64,000 nt of DNA from an uncultured Planctomycetota bacterium (GTDB lineage Bacteria; Planctomycetota; Planctomycetia; Isosphaerales; Isosphaeraceae). Shown one piece after another: positions 55,715 to 64,000 of the stretch. Below the pieces are notes generated by a model. The model was not told where the DNA came from and did no database searches. It saw nothing but the letters and a program-made list of their open reading frames with translations. The translations under genes and the position numbers were made by a program. The DNA is taken from contig CAWGMQ010000003.1 of the NCBI GenBank assembly GCA_963823665.1, forward strand, positions 448,001-512,000. The letters run 5' to 3'. Position 1 is the first letter of the stretch, and each line of letters starts with the position of its first letter.

Positions 55715-57108
55715 TCAAGCGAGTTGAGCTTCGGGCGACGACAGGATCAGCGCGGCCGCCCGCCGCGCGGATTCGGAGAGAGACGTGGAGCCGGCCGACG
55801 CGGACCTCGCGATCCGATCGCGCCAGTCCGCGCCGGGATCGGCCCCCAGGAGGTGCTCTGCGATCGAGACGACAACCCGGTCGAGGCCCTCCTCCCGGCC
55901 GCCGCCTCCGGCCAGGCGGAGCACCTCGGGGGGCCGGTCCAGGCCCAGCTCGCGCCCGGATGTCAGGGCGGTGGCGAAGTTCACCCGGGCGATCATGCCT
56001 CGCGAATTGAGCCAGGTCCGCCCGCCCGCCCAGCCGCCGACGTTCCTCGGGTAGAACAAGTCCTGTCCGATCCGCGCGGCCCACGTGGCCAGTGACAGGG
56101 TGCTCGGAGCCGGGTCGAGGCACTGCAGCGCCCGGACCGCGCCGACGACGAACTCGACCGGTCCCACGACCCGCGTGCCGATGTTCGCCGTCGCGAAGAA
56201 GGCTCGCGATCGCAGGATCGTCGAGACTCCCCAGCCGATATCGAGGTGATGCGCGCGCAGACCCTCCGCCAGCTCGTCCACGCCCTCCGGACGGATGCCC
56301 CCCTCGCCCATGAACGTCTCGCAGAGCCGGCCGGCCAGCCGCCGCGCCGTGGCCGGATGCGTCGAGCAGCAGCCGGATGAGGTCGAGAGCCGGCCCACTT
56401 CCCGGACTGGCCGAGGATCGTCTTCTCGCCCGGGTCATGGTTCGCGGCGTATTCGAGGAACGCGCCGTCGGCAACGGTCCAGCCGGTGAGGGCCCGCGCG
56501 GCCTCCTTCACGTCGCCCTCGGAATAGTGGCCGATCCCGAGGGTGAACAACTCCATCAGCTCGCGGGCGAGATTCTCGTTCGGGTGCCCGTTGCGATTGG
56601 CCGGGGCGTCGAGCCAGATCAGGAGGGCCGGGTCCCGCATCGCGGCGTCCAGGAGGTCGCCGAACGGGGCCCGGGCGTATCTGCGGAACAGGTCGTTCTG
56701 CCGCCGCATGGCGGCCAGGTCGTTGACCTTCTGGTTGCCGGTGGCGAAGTGGTTGTGCCACATGAGCGCGAGCCGCTCGCCGAGCGGGTCGGGGCCGAGC
56801 AGCATGCGGAAGACCCACCACGCCTTGAGGCGGTCCGGATCGGCCGTCGCGACCGCCGCCTCGGCGATCGCCGCCGAGGCCCGTTCGAACTCGGCCGCGG
56901 CCCCGGCGGGGAGAATCCGGCCGGCCAGGAGCCGGTCGACGCTCGCCTCCGGGCCATCTTCCAGGTCGCGCCGCAGCTCCTCGCCTGTCGCGGCGAACCC
57001 CGCCCGTCGGTGGAGGTGGACGACGCGGCGGAGGTCCCAGGGCGTTTCGGGCGTCGGCCGAAAGGGGGCCCAGTAGCCCCCCGCGGGGCTGTTGTCGGGA
57101 TGATTCAT
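55715..57108 (-). CDS. DUF1800 protein (frameshifts near 56360-56390)
   Basis: HLHRRAGF, WHNHFAT, PNENLARELMELFTLG, ARALTGW, GQDLF.P.NVGGW, SPEAQL. Confidence 0.9.
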
Positions 57109-57130
57109 GATCCACGCTCCGGTCGTCGGT

Positions 57131-60100
57131 TCAATCCCCCGCCTTGATGTCACCCAGCTCCTTGACTTCGCCCGCCCGGATGCCCACGTCCTCGGCCGCC
57201 CGGCCGGCGAACCGGCCGTCCTTCCAGGCGGTCAGGGTGTATTTCAGGCCGGGGACCAGTCCCGAGGTCCGGAACCGCCCATCCTTGTCGGTCCTGATGG
57301 ACGGCGGGAGGGCCCCCTTGTCGAGCTCCGCACCGTCCTCCCGGAAGAGGATCGGGCGGTTGCATGTCAACAGGGCCCCGGCCTGGGGCAGGCCGCCGCG
57401 ATCGACGAGCCGGCCGGACAGGGTCCCGCACGGCTCGAGCTTGACGGTCAGGGGGCCCGCCTCGTCGGGCTTGACCACATAGGCCCCGGCGAGGTGTTTC
57501 GCCTCGTGATAGAAGAGCAGCCCGCGCTTCCGCTGGGTCCCGAGCGCGTGCACCTCGAACTCGGCCGTGGGAAGCGGTCGCTCAGACCATCTCTGGTAGT
57601 AGTCCTCCGCGCCCAACATCAGGGCGCCGGCCACCGGCTCGCCGTCGGGGCCGACGAGCTTGCCCTTGAGCGTCCGGCCGCGGTCGAGCCCGATGTCGAC
57701 CGTGACCGATTCTTCGCCCGGCTTGGGATCGATCTCGATCAAGGTGTTGAAGTTCGCCGGTATGATCCCGTTCGGGCGCGCATTGACAACCTCGAGGCCC
57801 CGGGGGTCCCGTCCCTTGATGTTTTCGAGCCCGGCTCCTATCCGATAGGGCCCGGCGGCCCAGGCGCCCAGGATGCCCCGGCCGGGGATGACCGCAATCT
57901 GGAATTCCCCGTTCTCGTCGGTTCGGAACGGCCTCAGGAACCGGAGCGTGCCGTAGCCCGGGTAGTCCTTCACGTGCGGATTGTCCTCGAGGATGAAGTA
58001 ATTGAGTTCCGCAGGGACCGGCCTGCCGGTCGAGCGATCGATGACCCGCCCGCGCGCCCAGGCGCCGCGACTCAGGGCGAAGTCCTTGCGGACCGAGGCG
58101 GGCCCGGGTGTGTCGCCGACCTGCTGGAGCGACGGAACGTAGGGCGGCCCCTCCTTCGCGCCGGCCAGGAGCTCCTGGGCCTCGCCGAACTCGTTCTTCG
58201 GGGGTAACCCCGAGAGCCGGTAATCACCCCGCGCGTCGGTGGTCGTCTTGAAGAAGCGGAACGGATTGCCGAAGGGGCTCGTCGTCTGCACGGTGATGCC
58301 GACCAGCGGTTTGCCGGTGTCCTTGTCGCGGACCGTCCCGATGATCTCAAGGCCGGGGCCGGCCGCGAGGTCGGGCGCTGCGCCGTGATACACAACGTCG
58401 CGTCTGGGCAGGTTGTCTCGCTCAAGGGGCTGGACCTTCACCGCCGGCATGTCCCGGGTCGCGGCGTACTCGAAGACTGTCTCGATGCCCGGACCGCCGA
58501 CGAGCAACGCGGCGATCCGCTCGCGGCCGACCCCCTTGAGCGTGAACTGTCCCTCGCGGTCGGCCACGACCACGGGGAACAGCGCCGGGATGTCGTCGCC
58601 GGACCAGAATCGGAGCGTCCTGGACTGGGCCGCGTAGGCGGCTCTCTCCTTCTTCAGGGCATCGAGCCACTCGTCGAGCGTGCCGGAGTTGGGCCGGAGG
58701 ATGCCGACGAGCTGGATCGTGGCCCCGGCGACGGGCCGGCCCTGGATGTCGATCACTCGCCCTCGGATCGGCACGTCGTCCCTGGCGAGGCGGAGCACCG
58801 GCGCGGCGTCGCCGCCCGCCGGCTCCAGGAACGCCGGCCCAAATCCCTCGGCCATCGCCACGATCTGGGCCGATCGGTCCCGGGCGGCCTTCATGTCCCC
58901 CGGCGACAGGCGGAACGAGCCGTCGGGGCCCGTGCGGGTCAGCATCACCGCGGCCTTCGGCCCACGATCGAGGGGATTGGGCTCGGGGTGGGACCGGTAC
59001 ACGGTCGCCCCCGCGACGGGCTTGCCGTCGGGGTCGAGCACCCGGCCAGTCGCCGCGGCTTCGTCTTCACGGCCGGCCCTCGCGCCGGGACCGAGGGCGG
59101 ATTGCGGGGCGGCGGTCGACCCGGGCGGATCGGCCCCGACGACGGATGGACGGAACGTGGTGAAGGAGAGCGCCAGGACGGCCAGGGCCGTCCCGGCGCG
59201 GACGCCGAGGCCCCAGCGCCTCGGGCACGTCGGCTCCACGCGGAAGTCGCGATCGAGCAGCATGATGATCCTCCTCTTGAGTTGCGAGGGACGCTCCCAC
59301 AGTGCCAGCGAGCCCGCGACCGCCAGCGGCAGCGGGCGGGGCATCCGCCTCGCCCACGACAGCAGCGCCTCGGCATAATCGACCCGCCCCTGGGCCGCCG
59401 CCGCGTCGGCCAGCAGCTCCTGGTCTTCGCGGGTCCGGCGGCGGAGCCACCAGTAGGCGGGGTGCGCGAAAAGGACCGGCATCAAGAGCCCCGAGAGGGC
59501 GATCCACCAGAGGTCCCAGTTGCGGAAGTGCACCCATTCGTGCGCCAGCGCGGCCTCGAGCCGGCATCGCGGCTCGTCCTCGACGAACCGCTCGGGCAGG
59601 ACGATGGCCGGACTGCAGCACGCCGACCGCGACGGGCTGGGCCAGCCGGTCGGAGACGAGCAGGTCCGGCGCGGTCCGGCCGTCGCCGACGATCTGTGCC
59701 AGCAGATCTCGCGACCATTGCGGCGCGGGTCGCGATCGGCGCCGGAGGACGGCCGTCTGCCACAAGCCGAGCCCGAGCCAGGCCAGCGCCAAGGCCCCGC
59801 CGGCCACGAACGCCCGGCCGGCGAGGTCCGGCCAATCGGACGTCCGTTCGACCGTCGGTATCCGGACCGATGGACCGACGCCCGGTTGCGTCGCTCGCGC
59901 CGCCGGGCCGGCTGCGCTGCTCAGCCGGCCGGGAGGAACGGAGCCGTCGGCATCGCGTCCAGGGGCCCCGGCCGGGTCCCGAGTTGAGCGGGCGACGTGA
60001 TTCCGGAATCCGGCCCCGACGCCGCGGCGACGGTCGGTCGATCGGGCTGCGTTCGCCCGGGCCGGCTGCGCCAGCCCGCCCGCGGCCAGCCGGGTAAGGC

Positions 60101-60271
60101 CGCCAGGACCGCGAGCATCACCAGCCCGACGACGGCCGACCGGGCGACGGAGAGGCGACGGGCCGGTTGCCGCAGCCGGCCCATGACCACGGCCGCCGCG
60201 GCCATGACCACCGTCGCGAGGGCGTAATAGTCCACGAGCCAGTCGCTCATCGTTCCTGACCAGGGTCTCAT
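57131..60271 (-). CDS. BlaR1-like M56 peptidase with carboxypeptidase-regulatory-like repeats (frameshifts near 60000 and 59610)
   Basis: PAIVLP...LAHEWVH..NWD, HPAYWWL, QELLAD, LKRRI; GRVLDPDGKPVAGA repeats. Confidence 0.88.
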
Positions 60272-60681
60272 CACTTCCCCCCTTCTCTGTCGTCCCGCTC
60301 CCGAGCACGTTTCTTGGCCTCGGCGATCATCGCCTCCAGCTCCTCCAGCTCTTCCAGGCTGTGCCGGCGCGACTGGAGGGCACGGGCCACGTACTCGCCC
60401 ATCGCGCCGTCGAACACCTGGTCCAGGAAGCCCCCCGCGAGCTTGCGGAACACGCTGTCGCGCCGGACCTTGGCGTAGTAGGCGTAGGCCTTGCCGGCCG
60501 ACTCGTGACCCACCAGCCCCTTCTGCTCCATGGTCTGGAGGAGGGAGAGCACCGTCGTGTACGCCAGCTCGCCGTCGCGGGGCTTGAGCTCGCCGTAGAT
60601 CTCGCGCACGGTCACGCGCCCTCGCCGCCACAGGACCTTCAGCGCCTCCAGCTCGCGCGCCGTCGGTGTCACATCAGCCAT
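60271..60681 (-). CDS. BlaI/MecI/CopY family repressor
   Basis: ELEALKVLW, LAYTTVLSLL..MEQKG, FLDQVFDG. Confidence 0.93.
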   Translation of the reverse strand: MADVTPTARELEALKVLWRRGRVTVREIYGELKPRDGELAYTTVLSLLQTMEQKGLVGHESAGKAYAYYAKVRRDSVFRKLAGGFLDQVFDGAMGEYVARALQSRRHSLEELEELEAMIAEAKKRARERDDREGGK

Positions 60682-60719
60682 GATCCACTCCTACTGGAAG
60701 ACACGTATCAACGTCCTCT

Positions 60720-60747
60720 ATAGTACGGCACGTCCCGTAGATGTCAA
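60720..60747 (-). promoter_or_regulatory. Sigma70 promoter with embedded palindromic operator
   Basis: Minus strand TTGACA (60747-60742), 16 nt, TACTAT (60725-60720); palindrome TACGG-N6-CCGTA at 60724-60739. Confidence 0.75.
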
Positions 60748-61059
60748 GAGGTTGGATTGCGTTTTTCGCGCGGCCGCGGAGCCGGGCATACGGGCGGATA
60801 AGGCGGCGACAACGCGGCGAGGCGCAATCGCACAGATCGTTTCGGTTACCTTGCCAATGATCGGTATCTCACGTCCCATTGAGTTTCGTCCTGTTGCGTA
60901 GCATGACGTTGCGCCGTCAGCTCTCCTACCACAGATCGTCTTCAACAGGTAGTTTGCAACCGAGTTGTTTCGCCATCCCCAGAGGTACCGCGCCGCTCGC
61001 TTGGTCGCATGTTGCTGCGTCTCGTCTCCGAGGGAGGGCAGGATCTCAAGCTCACCGAA

Positions 61060-61720
61060 ACACCGATCGAACTGCTCGAGCACCGAGCCGGTCTTGATCT
61101 GGTCGGGCGGGACCCGGATCGCGCCGAAGGCAATCCGTCCCTTCACGCCGACGTACCACTGTTTTCCCTTGGTCTGCGGTTGGCTCGCCAGGATCGACTC
61201 GACGGCGTGGAGCAATTCAACCCGAGCTGGCATTGCGAAGTTCTTCAGGTCAGGCGACTTGATGAGAACCAGCACGGTGCCGTCGCCGAGCTTCGTGAAG
61301 ACGTGGTAATTGTCGGCCCTCGCTTCCTCGACGACGATCTTCCCAAGGGCGTCGAGGATCGCTTTCGAAAGGAGGGCATCGCCACTGAACGATGCTGAAT
61401 CGAGCATGCGTTCATCGGCGGTGAGCCGGGCCGCCCGGGGGCCTCCTTCCTACCCTCACCTCGACCACCAGCGCTAGCAGAGACATCAACACGAGCGGTG
61501 CCGCCCAGAACGGCAACGGGATGAAGAAGATCGCGGGAAATCGACCAATTTTCCCGTCCGGTCTGGCGCGGTACTTCCACCAGAGGCCAGCTCCGATCCA
61601 TACCGCCGCCGCGGTCGCTCCTCCGAGCGAAAACAATCCGCTCGCCACGACAACCAGCAAGCCCAGGAGCAGCCCAAGGCCGCCGACGATCAGCCCCGAC
61701 GGATTGTAAACAATGATCAT
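61060..61720 (-). pseudogene. Membrane protein, frameshifted near 61420 and apparently truncated
   Basis: TM-rich ORF 61412-61720 continues into a globular segment of ORF 60718-61407. Confidence 0.5.
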
Positions 61721-61859
61721 TGCCTGACCCCGAAGACCAAGCTTGGCTCTGCGAAATGCGAATCATCAACATACAAACAATCAATCTCAGCCGACCGACC
61801 CGGCGAGCATGAACCTCGATGATACCAGAACCCGTTGCGAACCCGTCCGAGCAGAGCCG

Positions 61860-61970
61860 AGCATCGGCGACGACAGTAAGCCCCAATGTTCCACGAGCAG
61901 GGCGATCAACAGGCGACCGATGCGACCGTTGCCGTCCAGGAACGGGTGGATCGTCTCGAATTGAGAGTGG
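61860..61970 (-). pseudogene. Fic-domain fragment
   Basis: [22 protein letters not shown] without the flanking domain. Confidence 0.8.
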
Positions 61971-62531
61971 CTTGAGTTCCCTCGATCTGCGACGTGATGA
62001 CCGCTTCTTTTCGGACAAAGCCGTACAGGAACCAATCGGCGTCGGGGACCATCGTGCCGGCCACGCGCAGGCGAGCCACGGCGGCGACGGCCTCGGCGTT
62101 TCAGCCGCGCGAACTGCATGAGCATCTGTTGCGCGGGAGGCAGCTTCACCGCTCAGCCTTACAGGAGTTTGGACCTCGAAGCGGTCCGGCAGGACCTCGA
62201 GGGTTCGCATCATCTCGTCGATGGAGCGGACCTGGGCACGGCGGACGGTCTGCCCAGCCCCGCCGAGGATTCCGGACGGCGTCGCTCCTCGGTGGAACGA
62301 AAAAAAGGGGGAGTCGATTTTGTTCGCGTTCGGTGCGGAGAGACCAAGGAACAAGACGCTGTCGGTGGCGCTCGCTTGACGATCGAAATTGACGCTGAAT
62401 TCCCGATCGGTGTCCGTCGCGATTGTCCGAAACGACTTCAATCGCTGTGCATTTTCCTGCACGTTTGCCGTGAAGGACGCGAGGAAACCCAAACACTTGG
62501 CAGGCAAGTCGTCGCTTGCCTATCATCGCGA

Positions 62532-62631
62532 ATGGCAGATGTGTTTGAAGCAATAGTTGCACCCGCAAGGCGGGCGATACTCGACGAGTTGACCGAACGA
62601 AACGGTCAGACTTTGTTCGAGATCTGCGCGA
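62532..62631 (+). pseudogene. ArsR-family regulator N-terminal fragment
   Basis: MADVFEAIVAPARRAILDELTERNGQTLFEICA ends before the recognition helix. Confidence 0.6.
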
Positions 62632-62678
62632 TTGATTGTTCGGCGGCACGTGTTCCTACACCCTCGGAGGACCAACGC

Positions 62679-63164
62679 ATGATCACGCTCACTCGTCTTG
62701 TCACCACGGCGGCACTCGTGACAACCATCGCTTGTGCCGATTCCAGCAAAACCCAACCGCGCGCGCAGGCCGATGCTGCCCCTAAGGCTTCCGGGACGGC
62801 AAAGGGAGGTCAAAAAACCATGCAGATTTACTACCTCGAGATCGTGACCAAGGAGGTTGACGCGGTGTGCGCCGCGTACGCCGCAGCAAATGGGGTGAAG
62901 TTCGGCGAGCCGGACGCGGGGCTCGGCAAGGCACGGACGGCCCCACTGCCAGGAGGTGGACTGGTGGGGGTACGGGCGCCTTTGCGCGAGAGCGAGGAGC
63001 CGATTGTGCGGCCCTACTGGCTGGTGGATGACATCGAAGCGGCTGTCGCAGCGGCGGTGAAGGCTGGTGGTGTGATCGCCCATCCGCCCATGAAGATCCC
63101 CGGCCATGGCACCTTCGCCATCTACATCCAGGGCGGCATCAACCACGGCTTCTGGCAGCGGTAG
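62679..63164 (+). CDS. VOC/glyoxalase-family protein with possible lipoprotein leader
   Basis: YLEIV, YWLVDDIEAA, IPGHGTFA, GFWQ; GGAGG RBS; alternative start at 62820. Confidence 0.85.
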   Translation: MITLTRLVTTAALVTTIACADSSKTQPRAQADAAPKASGTAKGGQKTMQIYYLEIVTKEVDAVCAAYAAANGVKFGEPDAGLGKARTAPLPGGGLVGVRAPLRESEEPIVRPYWLVDDIEAAVAAAVKAGGVIAHPPMKIPGHGTFAIYIQGGINHGFWQR

Positions 63165-63483
63165 ATACGTGCTTGTTCGGGGAGATGCAGGCCAAATGAC
63201 GCTGGGCGGCGGCAACCTCCTTGTGCACCGGACCCTCACCGCCGCCGGAGGCGGCACGTCTCCCAACAGGCGTTAAGATTCGACCGGGTGTTCACAATTA
63301 ACAAGGAAATCGCGCAAAGCCGTAACTCGTTGAGTTGCAGCCGTGTCGATTGAGTGTTTGCACTTTTTTTGAAGGGTTTTGTGGTCGAACGCAGGAAACC
63401 GGCGCACATAGTATATGGGAGTAAAAAGGGAAGCGCGATGCTCGCGCACCTGGACACGTCCCAAGTGGGTAACACCGCCCGGG

Positions 63484-63543
63484 AACAAGCGTGAAGCGGG
63501 AGCGAGACTAGCCGGAGTCCTCGCTTACGCTTCGGGTTAGTGT
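63484..63543. repeat. REP-like imperfect inverted repeat
   Basis: aacaagcgtgaagcgggagcgag pairs with ctcgcttacgcttcgggttagtgt. Confidence 0.6.
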
Positions 63544-63814
63544 GGTCGGCAGGACGGGTGCGCAGCGTGTTACCCGAAGAACGGCGCGATTGAACCAGGC
63601 CCGAAATGTGACGAACGAACCCAATTCAGCTCAGGTGGCTGGAAATGTGTAAGTTGGAATTAGAGTGAAGGTTGGATCACGAAAACACCCATGAACTGTG
63701 CCTTGACAACGTGGCTGAATTCCGCGAACGAACCCAAATCTGGCCGATTGGAGCGGCTGCCTGGGCGGATGAAAAGCGGGCTGTCTTGGCGAATTTGGAT
63801 GTGGTTGAACCGTC

Positions 63815-64000
63815 GTGCGTCCGGAAAAGGACGTCGCGAGTTGTCGCCGGCGCCTCGTCAGTCGCGCGCTCGGCCGGTTGACAAGGCAATCGACACGGGC
63901 GGCGGACACCATCGTGAGGATTGCCAGAGAGGGCGACTCGGACGAGGTCCAGTTGAAGGCAGCCCGGGCCGTTTTCTCGGACCTTATCGCGGTTGCCAAG
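63815..64000 (+). pseudogene. Partial helical protein running off the right edge
   Basis: SCRRRLVSRALGRLTRQSTRAADTIVRIAREGDSDEVQLKAARAVFSDL; 5' part is degenerate. Confidence 0.4.

Noticed and set aside
42152..60097. Long plus-strand ORFs such as 42152-43780, 46438-47763 and 58385-60097
   Set aside because: Antisense shadows of real genes, typical of high-GC DNA.
63270..63480. AT-richer intergenic stretch as ncRNA or replication origin
   Set aside because: Only a short palindrome (aactc-gtt-gagtt); no recognisable RNA family or DnaA-box cluster.

Overview
High-GC window with planctomycete hallmarks: ECF sigma factor plus Ser/Thr kinase pairs, LEPR-XLL-type secreted proteins, DUF1501/DUF1800 and BlaI/M56. 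An Isosphaeraceae-like origin is an inference. The left end (1-7000) is an accessory zone. It holds a 5'-truncated multi-domain GT2 glycosyltransferase missing from the ORF track, cut at the end motif of a RAYT/Y1-HUH transposase element. That element carries an inverted GGTGGGTGTCTG motif on one side and a four-copy palindromic array on the other. It is followed by an internally deleted AcrVA2-family anti-CRISPR gene and two variable-loop membrane paralogs. Next come a tRNA-binding protein, an orphan amino-DNA methyltransferase, an HD-domain/Hsp90-like ATPase, two convergent kinase-STAND-FGE proteins, small aspartic protease and HNH modules, three more kinases, a ~3000-aa secreted protein and a BlaI-M56-DUF1800-DUF1501 operon with a visible promoter/operator. 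Many single-base frameshifts in otherwise intact genes suggest indel errors in the assembly, so pseudogene and fusion calls are provisional. All family assignments come from motif recognition by eye; no database searches were run. No rRNA, tRNA, CRISPR array or reverse transcriptase was seen.
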